The notes beneath the pieces were generated by a model. The model ran no database searches. It saw nothing but the letters and a program-made list of their open reading frames with translations, and had not been told where the DNA came from. From assembly GCA_037137935.1 (NCBI GenBank), contig JBAXJI010000004.1, positions 1 through 58,318 of the forward strand: 58,318 nt of DNA. The letters are read 5' to 3'. This stretch comes from Candidatus Saccharimonadota bacterium. GTDB lineage: Bacteria > Patescibacteriota > Saccharimonadia > Saccharimonadales > AQU-01. Made by a program: the position numbers and the translations under genes. Positions 11,977 through 21,011 of this stretch are shown one piece after another (within the stretch, counting starts at the first letter, position 1; each line of letters opens with the position of its first letter).

Positions 11977-12178
11977 TACTCAATTATATCGCAATAATTG
12001 GTTTTCGTGTCGTAGAAGCTAATCAAATTACTTTTTTGACTACACGACAGCTTTGTTCTGAGCATGTATATGGTGTTATGTTCTATTGCGTAAACACTAA
12101 ATGTAGTATAATTATGGCGTAGATTAAGAGTGGCCAACCAATCATTCTTGGCCAAACCTTAACTACGGGGAGTTGTCT

Positions 12179-12619
12179 ATGACGGATACCATCCAAGTTC
12201 ATAAATTTCCTACGCCAGAAATTGGCTATTTTTCCACCGGAACACCAGAAGACGACCGGCAAATTGAAGATTTAACATCGATATTCACCCAAGACCCTAA
12301 GTTCGCTATACGCGCCCTAAGCATCTGCATCAAGCCAACCAACACTACTGACGCCATATTGGATGTTTATCGCGATACTGGATCGTCGGGCATTGAATCA
12401 CTAAAAGTAGTGTCTGATGGTTGGAATAAGGGCCTAGACACCAAACTGTATTTTGACGAAGCTACAGAAGAAGCAATCGACTCCAGTAAAGTCGTGAAAG
12501 CTATTAAAGCCGGTCCAGACAATAATGCTAAGCCTTCAAAGACTGAAAGAATCCGACACGAAAGGCTAGCAATCGTGCTCTCACGAATTGCCATGCATAA
12601 CAAAACAATTGACGATTAA
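12179..12619 (+). CDS. Hypothetical protein
   Basis: ATG at 12179 is preceded by GGGGAG 6 nt upstream. No family recognised. Confidence 0.6.
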   Translation: MTDTIQVHKFPTPEIGYFSTGTPEDDRQIEDLTSIFTQDPKFAIRALSICIKPTNTTDAILDVYRDTGSSGIESLKVVSDGWNKGLDTKLYFDEATEEAIDSSKVVKAIKAGPDNNAKPSKTERIRHERLAIVLSRIAMHNKTIDD

Positions 12620-12659
12620 ATACTTGCCTAGAAATTGATTGCTAGTTAATCTAATAGTT

Positions 12660-13229
12660 ATGGCTTTTGAAGATTACAAACAAAAAGATTCCGTCGTACT
12701 CGTCTACACTGGCGAAGGCAAGGGTAAGACAAGTGCCAGCTTAGGTCTGATGACTCGGGCTCTAGGTTCACGCTGGAATGTGGCATTTATCCAATTTATT
12801 AAATATTGGGGAGTCGGTGAGCACGTTTTTATACGTGACATTCAGCCCTTGTTCAAAGATCAATTGAAGTTTTTTAAGGGCGGCAAGGGGTTTTATAAAG
12901 CTGGCGACCTTAGCCCTCAAGAGATAACCGAAGAACAGCACAAAAAGGCTGCACTAGACACATACAAACAGGCCTACCAAGATGCGACTAGCGGCAATTA
13001 TCAACTTGTTATCTGCGACGAAATAAACAATGCAGTACATGATGGCCTAGTGACTATTGACCAGCTAGAAAAGCTCATAAAGGACCGCGCTGATGGCACC
13101 AGTTTATGTTTAACCGGTAGAGACTTTCCTGAAGAGCTGCTAAGTTTAGCCGATATAGTTACTGATATGACAAAAGTTAAGCATCATTTTGATGACAAGT
13201 TTTTGGCAAATCGTGGGATCGACTTCTAG
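12660..13229 (+). CDS. Cob(I)yrinic acid a,c-diamide adenosyltransferase family (CobA/CobO/BtuR-like) P-loop protein
   Basis: VLVYTGEGKGKTSASLGLMTRALG..VAFIQFIK..LVICDEIN matches the CobA-type P-loop pattern. First ATG at 12660. Confidence 0.8.
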   Translation: MAFEDYKQKDSVVLVYTGEGKGKTSASLGLMTRALGSRWNVAFIQFIKYWGVGEHVFIRDIQPLFKDQLKFFKGGKGFYKAGDLSPQEITEEQHKKAALDTYKQAYQDATSGNYQLVICDEINNAVHDGLVTIDQLEKLIKDRADGTSLCLTGRDFPEELLSLADIVTDMTKVKHHFDDKFLANRGIDF

Positions 13230-13336
13230 TCTACACGGTCTGTAAATAGTCCTTCTTACTGCTTGATATAGCTTCTTTTTTTATACTGTAGTCACCTTGT
13301 TATGCCACTTTTGTTTCGGCAAAAGATGGCGCAAAA

Positions 13337-13515
13337 GCCGAGGGGCGGTGGCGCCAACTCGATATAGCTTCCTAACAAAAACACAACACGGCCTGCGGAA
13401 CTTGATGCTATCGCATCTTCAAACAGTCCTCGGCAGGTAGCTTGTTGTGTTTGTTGTAGGAATCTATTTCGGGTCGTCACCAGGCCCCATTAAGACCATG
13501 GAGGCCCTTACGGGC
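13337..13515. ncRNA. Candidate structured RNA: about 150-nt imperfect rod-like hairpin plus a small 3' GCCC-TTAC-GGGC hairpin (class and strand unresolved)
   Basis: The 5' arm (13337-13396) pairs with the 3' arm (13433-13488). This includes an uninterrupted 10-bp run (13379-13388 with 13443-13452) and a GGGG/CCCC base (13342-13345 with 13485-13488). Local G+C is clearly above that of neighbouring intergenic DNA. The overlapping 62-aa ORF is unconvincing. Confidence 0.35.
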
Positions 13516-13544
13516 AATATATTTATTTGGTATGCTGTTCTTAC

Positions 13545-13991
13545 GTGAAGTTAACTATTAAACGGTTTGATGATGCTTTTCCTTTGCCAACACCTACAGA
13601 TGGTGCGGCTTGTTTTGACTTCTTTACGCGCGATACAATTACGATTGAGCCTGGCAAAATTGGTGCCGTAAAACTCAATGCTGCCATAAAAATTCCTGCA
13701 GGATATGCCTTGCTGGTGTTTAGTCGAAGTAGCACACCGCTACGTAAGGGACTAATGTTAGCCAACGGCGTAGGTGTGGTTGATCCGTTTTATTCCGGCG
13801 ATAACGACGAGAACTTAGCGTTTTTGCATAACATTACCGACGAACCAGTGACAATTGAAGCTGGTGACCGCGTAGTGCAGGGCATGATAATTAAAACTGC
13901 GCCCGTCATCTGGAACGAAGTCGAGTCGATGAACGACGAGGGGCATGGCGGTTATCAGCATCTTGACGAGCTAGACAAACCAAAAAAGTGA
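13545..13991 (+). CDS. dut: dUTP diphosphatase (dUTPase/dCTP deaminase superfamily)
   Basis: ..PLPTPTDGAACFDF.., GVGVVDPFYSGDNDE and GDRVVQG motifs. Probable GTG start at 13545 (MKLTIKRF). Confidence 0.8.
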   Translation: MKLTIKRFDDAFPLPTPTDGAACFDFFTRDTITIEPGKIGAVKLNAAIKIPAGYALLVFSRSSTPLRKGLMLANGVGVVDPFYSGDNDENLAFLHNITDEPVTIEAGDRVVQGMIIKTAPVIWNEVESMNDEGHGGYQHLDELDKPKK

Positions 13992-14057
13992 ATAGCATAT
14001 GACAAAATCACGGTAAATGCATAAAATCCTAGCTAATAATTCATATAATTAGAGTTC

Positions 14058-14642
14058 ATGACAAAACACTTAAACAAGCGGCAGCTTAAGGCAATATCAG
14101 CGTTGATTTTGGGCTTGATCGGTCTTACGGCGCAACATTTTGGCTGGCTGCAGCCAATTAAACAAATAGCAGTCGTAAATCAGCCTGGGCTTTATAGGGT
14201 TAGCGAATATATCGACGGTGATACAATCGTCGTAGATATGAACGGCTCAGATGAGAAACTACGTTTTATCGGCGTAGACACACCCGAAACTCATGATCCT
14301 CGCAAAGCCGTGCAATGTTACGGCCAAGCGGCAGCTGGATTTACAAAAAATATAATTTCAAAGCAGGGAGGTAGAGTTCGGCTTGAAGCCGACCCACTAA
14401 ACACGAATCGTGACCGTTACGGTCGACTGCTGCGCTACATATACTTGCCGGACGGGGCTCTTGTAAATGCCGAAATAATCAAACAGGGCTACGGTTTTGC
14501 CTATACCGGCTTTCCGTTCACTAAAGCGGACGAGTTTATCAACTATCAGAAGCAAGCCAGGCAGGGTAACTTAGGCCTTTGGAACAAATGCACCCCAACT
14601 GCCAATCAATACGGCGGCTACACTTCTAACGACGCCCCTTAG
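14058..14642 (+). CDS. Membrane-anchored thermonuclease (staphylococcal nuclease family)
   Basis: N-terminal TM segment; DGDTIVV..LRFIGVDTPETH..RDRYGRLLRYIY..EIIKQGYGFAY are SNase motifs. Confidence 0.85.
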   Translation: MTKHLNKRQLKAISALILGLIGLTAQHFGWLQPIKQIAVVNQPGLYRVSEYIDGDTIVVDMNGSDEKLRFIGVDTPETHDPRKAVQCYGQAAAGFTKNIISKQGGRVRLEADPLNTNRDRYGRLLRYIYLPDGALVNAEIIKQGYGFAYTGFPFTKADEFINYQKQARQGNLGLWNKCTPTANQYGGYTSNDAP

Positions 14643-14650
14643 ATAATCAA

Positions 14651-15433
14651 CTACTCTTTACGCAGATATGTAGCAACCGTCTGTGCGTCTTGCATTCCAG
14701 CGTGTATTTCGTTCATTAATGCTTTTATACGACGTCCGCCAACGACATGGACGACTTCGCGCATTATGTCTTTGGGTGGTTGACCGGCTACTTGCTCGGC
14801 GAACTCAAATTCTTCTACTTGAATTGGTGGATTTATTGCTACGGCTATCGGCCCTCTGTCACCCTTGCGTGTACCGTCAATGCCAACAGGTATCACAGGG
14901 ACATGGTGGCGAAGCGCCAAAACTGCCACACCAGAGTTGAGTTTATCTCTGTCGATAATTCTGCCTGTATCTTGCCGTGTACCTTCAGGAAATATGCCAA
15001 GCACGCCATTTGCATTAAAAATATCGGCAATGTGTTTGGATTTTTCGGCAGTAATTGGTTTATTGCGTTCAATCGGGAAGGTGCCACCAGCCTCCAGTAC
15101 TCTTCCAAGAGCCTTACCAATAACAGGCACTTCCCAGATCTCTGGTTTGGCCATCATATTAATTCGCAACTTAGCCTCTTCCATGGCAATAGTCGATATA
15201 ACTAATGGATCCAACATTGACCTATGAGCCATCGACAATATCGCCGTGCTGCCAATATCGCGCAGGTTATTGGCGCCAACATGTCGCGGACCATCCATAA
15301 CATCCTCAGAGAAATGACCTTTTCGCGCATTATATATATTAGTAATCGGACGGAAAACATTATTAACGATCAAATCATGCGTGCGGTTGCTGGGTATTGC
15401 GCTACGCTCAATGTCGTTTGATTTATTTGACAT
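14651..15433 (-). CDS. plsC: 1-acyl-sn-glycerol-3-phosphate acyltransferase family
   Basis: HxxxxD box (AHRSMLDP) and FPEGTR box. Confidence 0.8.
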   Translation of the reverse strand: MSNKSNDIERSAIPSNRTHDLIVNNVFRPITNIYNARKGHFSEDVMDGPRHVGANNLRDIGSTAILSMAHRSMLDPLVISTIAMEEAKLRINMMAKPEIWEVPVIGKALGRVLEAGGTFPIERNKPITAEKSKHIADIFNANGVLGIFPEGTRQDTGRIIDRDKLNSGVAVLALRHHVPVIPVGIDGTRKGDRGPIAVAINPPIQVEEFEFAEQVAGQPPKDIMREVVHVVGGRRIKALMNEIHAGMQDAQTVATYLRKE

Positions 15434-15476
15434 AAAGTCAGAATAGCAAAGATTTCGGTACTACTCAATTTTAGGT

Positions 15477-16331
15477 CTATTTTTTACTATGACTCAGCTT
15501 TTTTGCTATCAAATTAAAAGGCAACAAAACAACGCTGCCAATAACAAATATAATCCCAGGAATAAACGCCAACACGCTGCCAATAACAATATGACGCTGA
15601 TCTATTATTTCTGCTTCAGGTTGCTGCAGAGTACCTAGGTTTTTATGTAATTTATTAGTTTTATAGGTCAGATTTAGATAATGCATCAGTTTTGGCAAAA
15701 ATGCGTAACTTTCACCGCGCGTTTTTATTAATAAAATATTTACTTGCACAATCTTCCCTCCGACACCAGCAATCAACAAGGACAGGTCTTGGTCCTCGTG
15801 AACTAGCTCGTCGTCAGTACATACATTGTCTTTGATTTTTAACCATACGGAACGACGGACGGCCGAATTAGCACCCCATAGGATTCTTGTACCAAAATAG
15901 GCGTTAGCCGCCCAGAAATAAACTCGCGACCAATAAGTCATATAAAGCCAAGGTACGGCTGGACCAATATTTGTCTTGCCGGGACCTGTAATGCCGGCAA
16001 CTTTATCGTCTACAAAGCAAGATTTAACAATTTCGACCCAATTAGCGGCAATCACACTGTCGGCGTCAATCCTACCGATAATGTCAGATTTGGCAGCATT
16101 AAAGCCGGCCGTTCGAGCATTTCCGCGACCTTGCTTCAATTCTTTTATAACAGTAACAAACTTGTACTTTTTTGCTATGGAAACTGTCTTGTCGGTGCAA
16201 TTATTATCGACAACTATAACCTCGTCAGGCTTAACCGTTTGAGAAACAATAGCATCAAGACATGCTTTTAGTTGGCGCTCCTCGTTGTAGACTGGTATAA
16301 CTATAGTTAGCGTAAGTGTTTTATTTTGCAT
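15477..16331 (-). CDS. Family 2 glycosyltransferase with C-terminal TM segment
   Basis: LTIVIPVYNEE..VIVVDNNCTDKT..RIDADS. Confidence 0.85.
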   Translation of the reverse strand: MQNKTLTLTIVIPVYNEERQLKACLDAIVSQTVKPDEVIVVDNNCTDKTVSIAKKYKFVTVIKELKQGRGNARTAGFNAAKSDIIGRIDADSVIAANWVEIVKSCFVDDKVAGITGPGKTNIGPAVPWLYMTYWSRVYFWAANAYFGTRILWGANSAVRRSVWLKIKDNVCTDDELVHEDQDLSLLIAGVGGKIVQVNILLIKTRGESYAFLPKLMHYLNLTYKTNKLHKNLGTLQQPEAEIIDQRHIVIGSVLAFIPGIIFVIGSVVLLPFNLIAKKLSHSKK

Positions 16332-16358
16332 AAATATATAACTTTAGGATAGCAGTTC

Positions 16359-17528
16359 ATGCCGCAAAGACAGAATAATACTAAACAAACAGCAGCGGCC
16401 AAAAAAGCCACTAAGACTAAAAAGGTAATAAGTCCAAAAGCCCCGATGTCACTAATGGGCTTTCGACTACCTATTAAGTTTCTACCAAATCATTCTAAGT
16501 TAAGAAAACTGACGATAGGTCTACTGGTGCTGGTGATTTTTGCTACTAGCGGAATGTATGGCATCTCCCAATGGTATATTGCCAAACATCGTAACGATCC
16601 ACTCAAGATAGGCGTAACTTTTATACCAAGCTACGCAACCTATTACGGACTAGACCCCAAAGATACTATGCAAGCCATGATTAATGATCTTGGCATTCGA
16701 CGGTTTCGCTTAACCAGCTACTGGAATTATGGTGAGCCACAGCAGGGTCAATACGACTTCACGGACCTCGACTGGCAGTTCGCTAAAGTCGCTCAAGCTG
16801 GCGGTAAAGTATCATTGTCTATCGGCCTTCGACAACCACGCTGGCCAGAGTGTCATATGCCAGACTGGGCAAAAAATCTACCTGAATCGACATGGTCCAT
16901 GGAGCTTAAGTCCTATATGGGCGCAGTCATAGCTAGGTACAAAAATAATCCAATCCTAGAGAGCTATCAATTAGAGAACGAGTACTTCTTGGCTGTATTT
17001 GGTCAATGCCCACCGTCCAGTCGTGAGAGATTAGTAGATGAGTTTAAATATGTTAAGTCCCAGGATTCGACTCATCCTGTAATTGTAACAAGGAGCAATA
17101 ATGCCGTCCCTAGCTGGCCAGTAGGGCAGCCTCGAGCAGACATTAACGGAGCTTCTATATACAAGCGAGTATGGGACAGAACAGTAACCAAAAGATACTT
17201 CGAATACCCACTTCCATCTTGGTACTATGCCTTCCTGGCGGGTGCAGCTGAGATTACCACTGGCAATAATACGATAATTCACGAGATGCAGACAGAAGCA
17301 TGGCCACCAAATGGTATCTTAGATTCCACTATTGCTGAGCAAGACAAATCGTTCAAAGCCTCACAGATGCATGACAGAATTAAATATGGCCTAGACACAG
17401 GCATGCGCACTGTTGATTTATGGGGGGCAGAGTGGTGGTACTGGCGAAAAGTTAAGCTTAACGACCCTTCTTTATGGGACGCCGCCCGCACTGAACTACA
17501 GCAGCTTGATTCCACCCACAACTACTAA
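16359..17528 (+). CDS. Membrane-anchored glycoside-hydrolase-like (clan GH-A TIM barrel) protein with Lys-rich N-terminal tail
   Basis: QLENEY motif (the acid/base Glu context seen in GH35/GH42/GH5-type enzymes), one TM segment, and a basic N-terminus (AAAKKATKTKK). Confidence 0.5.
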   Translation: MPQRQNNTKQTAAAKKATKTKKVISPKAPMSLMGFRLPIKFLPNHSKLRKLTIGLLVLVIFATSGMYGISQWYIAKHRNDPLKIGVTFIPSYATYYGLDPKDTMQAMINDLGIRRFRLTSYWNYGEPQQGQYDFTDLDWQFAKVAQAGGKVSLSIGLRQPRWPECHMPDWAKNLPESTWSMELKSYMGAVIARYKNNPILESYQLENEYFLAVFGQCPPSSRERLVDEFKYVKSQDSTHPVIVTRSNNAVPSWPVGQPRADINGASIYKRVWDRTVTKRYFEYPLPSWYYAFLAGAAEITTGNNTIIHEMQTEAWPPNGILDSTIAEQDKSFKASQMHDRIKYGLDTGMRTVDLWGAEWWYWRKVKLNDPSLWDAARTELQQLDSTHNY

Positions 17529-17572
17529 TGTAATGGCTTTTATCCCTGTTATTTGACATAATATAGGACGTT

Positions 17573-18037
17573 ATGAAGAAGAACTCACAGCATCAGACAA
17601 AACAAATTACTAATCGACGCGCTCGCCACGACTACGAGCTCGACGATTCTATTGTTGTGGGCATAAGTTTGACAGGCGCAGAGACTAAAGCGTTGCGTAT
17701 GGGCCACGGTCAACTCAGAGGTGCTTATGTTACTGTCAAAGATGAAGAAATCTTCTTAATTAACGCCACAATCAATGGTACTAGCGGTATACCAATAGAT
17801 GTCGACACGCAAACTCGCTCACGCAAACTATTAGCCAATCGCAAAGAAATCGACAAACTTATTGCCGCCAAACACCAGGGCCGCACCATTGTTCCTTTAG
17901 AAATTTTGACGCAAGGCCGCTACATAAAAGTACGCATATCAGCAGGCAAGGGCAAGAAGACATACGACAAAAGGCAGTCGCTAAAAAAGCGTGACGAAAC
18001 CCGTAGTATTCACGCCGTGCTTAAAGGTCAAAGATAA
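17573..18037 (+). CDS. smpB: SsrA-binding protein
   Basis: NRRARHDYEL.., GAETKALR, IPLEIL..GRYIKVRISAGKGKK.YDKR. Confidence 0.93.
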   Translation: MKKNSQHQTKQITNRRARHDYELDDSIVVGISLTGAETKALRMGHGQLRGAYVTVKDEEIFLINATINGTSGIPIDVDTQTRSRKLLANRKEIDKLIAAKHQGRTIVPLEILTQGRYIKVRISAGKGKKTYDKRQSLKKRDETRSIHAVLKGQR

Positions 18038-18053
18038 TTGATGTTTTCATAGA

Positions 18054-18082
18054 TTGACGGAGTGAGCCGAAAAATCTATAAT
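18054..18082 (+). promoter_or_regulatory. Sigma-70-type promoter candidate for tRNA-Asn
   Basis: TTGACG, 17-nt spacer, TATAAT, about 40 nt upstream of the tRNA. Confidence 0.55.
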
Positions 18083-18122
18083 CTACAGTGCTAGCTTTAA
18101 CAAAGCGAACATAGCTAAATAA

Positions 18123-18197
18123 TCGGGAGTAGCTCAATGGTGGAGCAAGAAGCTGTTAACTTCGAGGTTGCCAGTTCGAGTCTGGCCTCCCGAGCCA
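18123..18197 (+). tRNA. tRNA-Asn (anticodon GTT), CCA encoded
   Basis: Hand-folded cloverleaf. Acceptor TCGGGAG/CTCCCGA, D stem GCTC/GAGC, anticodon loop CTGTTAA, T arm GCCAG-TTCGAGT-CTGGC, discriminator G, then CCA. Confidence 0.95.
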
Positions 18198-18205
18198 TGT
18201 AGAAC

Positions 18206-18230
18206 GCACTTCATTCGTGAGGTGCTTTTT
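18206..18230 (+). terminator. Rho-independent terminator after tRNA-Asn
   Basis: GCACTTCA-ttcg-TGAGGTGC followed by TTTTT. Confidence 0.7.
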
Positions 18231-18408
18231 ACTGGGGTATTGTCCGACCACAGCTGTGGCTGTTGGAATGACATTTCTAAGATGCTGTGTCACTACCAAT
18301 ATCGCTAATAGCTTATGATGCTAGTACCCAAATCCCTTCTTCCAAGTAGAAATAAATGATATAATCTCAATGCTAGTGCATATAAAATTAGTAATTTAGT
18401 AATGGGGA

Positions 18409-19986
18409 ATGATGGAAACCGTCACAGGCCCACCGGTAACAAACGAACAACTAGTTGATGAAGCGCCTGTTCAGCAAGAAAAGCTGTCGTTATTTGATCA
18501 AGCGAAAGATTTAGTCAACAATTTCCGGGAGAGGATTAGGGGCACTTTTCCCGGCCAATCCGAAGAGCAGGTTACTAATTTAACAGGAGATGCTTTAGCC
18601 GATTTTGCCGTAGGAGAAGCTGATAAACCTCAGACTGATGACCAGGTTTTGGGGACAGAAGTAGCTTTTGTAGCCTCAGGGACTGAAGCGGTAGAGGATG
18701 GTCTGCTAGGGGGTTCGAACGACCCAATTAGAAAAGAGATTGCCGCAGGCGACCTAGCTCATGTAGTGGACGCAGTAAGAAACATTGCAGACAGTGGAGA
18801 CATTGCTACCGCTGAGACCATTGCCCATGATGTTGACAAGCTCGATCGCCAAGCTCAAATAGAAAAGCTTGAAAAAGGCATAGGTACAGTATATATATAT
18901 ATGGAAGACGGCGAGGATTTAAGCCCTGGAGAGTTGAAGAAACGAAAGAATAATGCTGAAGCGTGGAAAAGGGACCGGCAAGAGTGGCACGGAGAGGAGC
19001 TGGACTCAGCACATGACGCCGCACTAGAACTATCAAAGAAACTCGGTGATCCGCCTCGAATCATTGCTATGCGAGGAGGATGCGGATCGGGTAAGTCATT
19101 CGCAGTAAGAAGCATATATGGTGACCGGGGTATTTTTGATGAGGAGGGTGATGTTCCTGGAGCAGTAAAGCCTGATTACTTCAAAACACGCATCAAGCAA
19201 AAAGAACTAGAATCACCTCCCCCTCCAGGAGTAAAAGTGACATCCGAACAGGTGCATTTAGAATCAACTGGTATGAATGCTATGTTTACAGAACGCCTCG
19301 CCCAAGACCCTGAAGCGTCTTTATTGATCGATAAACAACTGGAAGCGGCAGATGACATTACTAGTCTTATTGAGATGGGCAAGAAATACGGGAAACCAGT
19401 GGAGCTCCTAGATATGGATGTACCAATCGAACTGTCGGCTTTTCGCGTACTTAAACGGCAAGTTGGTGGGGTTGACCCGAATATTAGATTTGATGGTGTT
19501 TCAGCAGGTTTTAGGGGCATTCGGGTTAATCGCGAAGCAGCGCTTAGCGCCGTTGAATCTGAAGAGATTGTAACTGAATATTCCTTGCGAGCTTTTGACC
19601 CAGAGAGTAGGCAACAAATAGAAATTGCGAAAAAAGAAGATGGCCGAGTGGTAGCAAGGGCTGGGTATGAAGACCTAGCTGAGCAAGTTATCAATCAGCC
19701 AGAAGCTAAGACTGATCAAGAAATTCAAGATGCGGCTAGTCAAATGATAACCGAGGAGTATATCGAAGATTTTGTAGCTAAATACTTTGATGACTCAGAG
19801 ACAGGCGAAAAGGGCCGAATGGAGGCACGCAAGATATTAGGTGCATATGTAGGTCTTGATATGACCGTCGAGGAAGCGTTGGCATCAAAAGCGGCAGGCA
19901 TTGAGGCAGATCCTGATTCACCAATGTTTTCTGGGGACTATAAAGATAAACTGGTAGCTTGGAAGGGTCAGCAGGATGAAAAATAA
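18409..19986 (+). CDS. Zeta-toxin-like P-loop kinase domain protein with about 200-aa acidic N-terminal extension and acidic C-terminal extension
   Basis: PRIIAMRGGCGSGKSF (Walker A), then AVKPDYFK (the Asp context of zeta/AvrRxo1-type kinases), VHLESTGM, LLIDKQ, and LSAFRVLKRQ (Arg pair). RBS GGGGA upstream. Confidence 0.6.
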   Translation: MMETVTGPPVTNEQLVDEAPVQQEKLSLFDQAKDLVNNFRERIRGTFPGQSEEQVTNLTGDALADFAVGEADKPQTDDQVLGTEVAFVASGTEAVEDGLLGGSNDPIRKEIAAGDLAHVVDAVRNIADSGDIATAETIAHDVDKLDRQAQIEKLEKGIGTVYIYMEDGEDLSPGELKKRKNNAEAWKRDRQEWHGEELDSAHDAALELSKKLGDPPRIIAMRGGCGSGKSFAVRSIYGDRGIFDEEGDVPGAVKPDYFKTRIKQKELESPPPPGVKVTSEQVHLESTGMNAMFTERLAQDPEASLLIDKQLEAADDITSLIEMGKKYGKPVELLDMDVPIELSAFRVLKRQVGGVDPNIRFDGVSAGFRGIRVNREAALSAVESEEIVTEYSLRAFDPESRQQIEIAKKEDGRVVARAGYEDLAEQVINQPEAKTDQEIQDAASQMITEEYIEDFVAKYFDDSETGEKGRMEARKILGAYVGLDMTVEEALASKAAGIEADPDSPMFSGDYKDKLVAWKGQQDEK

Positions 19987-20015
19987 TTCTAATAACAAAA
20001 GGAAGGAGAAGCAAT

Positions 20016-20333
20016 ATGTCTAATCCAAATAATGATAGTTTTGAAGTTTCCGCTACTTGGGCAGATCTGCATCGCGATGCGGCACAGAGGCAAGAGTCGG
20101 CTAATGAGGCGTTACTAGAAGAACGTATTGCCGCTGCCACTGCAGCCGGGAAAGAGCAATTCGATGCCGCTAAGCTATTGGGGCTATACTACCCAAATGA
20201 CTGGTCAGATGATGAAGCAGATATTCTTCGACGGGCTGAATCATTTAGAGAAGATTATTATCGTAGCGACACTACGACTTTAGAGAGTTGGGTAATAGAG
20301 CGAGAAGCCATAGAGGCACAGGGCGACTCTTAG
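20016..20333 (+). CDS. Small acidic helical protein (105 aa), possible cognate partner or antitoxin of the kinase
   Basis: Strong RBS (GGAAGGAG) 6 nt upstream, and the gene starts 30 nt after the kinase stop. No family recognised. Confidence 0.55.
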   Translation: MSNPNNDSFEVSATWADLHRDAAQRQESANEALLEERIAAATAAGKEQFDAAKLLGLYYPNDWSDDEADILRRAESFREDYYRSDTTTLESWVIEREAIEAQGDS

Positions 20334-20342
20334 ACTGATTTG

Positions 20343-21011
20343 CTAGGCGGCTGCCTCGATGCTGCCATTAACAATAATTGCAAACTCATTCAAAGTGCTA
20401 GACAGCAAGCTAATAAGGTCCTCGGGTAAGTCTTTCTGGGATAGAACTTCAAAAATCTGTTCGTAATTCCACAGTTGTTTTTCTTTTGGTGCGTTGAATT
20501 TTAACCATAGCTCGTCACCCAACCTCTGATAGTCACCTATCATTGATCTCAGGTTGTGGATCTTGTCGGCGGCCGAAATAATGAGAGCGTCTGGATTCTC
20601 TAAGGCTGCGAGATGATCAATGTAGCTCTGTTTACGCACTTCCCATGGAGCTTCGGTAGGATCATCTGCTCGTTTATTTTCAGAAACCATCTTAACGAGT
20701 TCAACAACATCACTACCAAATTCATCTAGCATCTGTTGTTCAGAATAGCGGTCTGATGGCACATCTTCTAGAATGTCATGGAACTCGGCTGCAATAACCG
20801 CATCTGTGTTGTCTGTATACTGAGAGGTTATCTCGGCGACAGCATGGGAGTGATTGCTATATGGCTCGCCAGAACCCTTGCGTGTCTGTAATGCATGTGC
20901 ATAATCAGCGACTTGTCTTGCATGCTCTAGTTTATCCCGGCTACTCTCAAAATTATTATTTTCCATATTATTATTTTCCATATTATTATTTTCCATATTA
21001 TTATTTTCCAT
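20343..21011 (-). CDS. HD-domain (p)ppGpp-hydrolase-type phosphohydrolase (RelA/SpoT HD_4-like, small alarmone hydrolase-like) with (MENNN)4 N-terminus
   Basis: AHALQTRKGSGEPYSNHSHAVA..AAEFHDILEDV..ISAADKIHNLRS matches the SpoT/Mesh1-type HD hydrolase pattern. Confidence 0.8.
   Translation of the reverse strand: MENNNMENNNMENNNMENNNFESSRDKLEHARQVADYAHALQTRKGSGEPYSNHSHAVAEITSQYTDNTDAVIAAEFHDILEDVPSDRYSEQQMLDEFGSDVVELVKMVSENKRADDPTEAPWEVRKQSYIDHLAALENPDALIISAADKIHNLRSMIGDYQRLGDELWLKFNAPKEKQLWNYEQIFEVLSQKDLPEDLISLLSSTLNEFAIIVNGSIEAAA
20952..21011 (-). repeat. 4 x 15-bp perfect tandem repeat (ATGGAAAATAATAAT on the coding strand)
   Basis: attattattttccat occurs four times head to tail. Each unit carries an in-frame ATG. 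Confidence 0.95.

Noticed and set aside
13292-13480. 62-aa minus-strand ORF in the CobA-like/dut spacer.
   Set aside because: It coincides with the long hairpin, its translation is Arg/Gly/Ala-rich junk, and it has no RBS. A structured RNA or DNA element explains the region better.
13320-13520. The tmRNA gene (ssrA), considered because AAGCCGAGGGGCGGTGGCGCC resembles the PK1 region of E. coli tmRNA and smpB lies 4 kb away.
   Set aside because: There is no tRNA-like T-arm (GGTTCGA-type loop), no acceptor/CCA end, and no plausible resume codon with an Ala-rich tag reading frame.
13320-13520. A cobalamin riboswitch read on the minus strand (GCCACCG resembles the B12-box GCCACUG, and a CobA-like gene is adjacent).
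   Set aside because: On that strand no gene lies downstream to be regulated, because the RNA would run antisense into the 3' end of the CobA-like gene. The rest of the consensus core is also not recognisable.
14683-15421. Multiple plus-strand ORFs overlapping plsC (14683-14940, 14747-15205, 14865-15227, 15224-15421).
   Set aside because: They are antisense to a CDS that has clear acyltransferase motifs. They also overlap each other in different frames and have no RBS.
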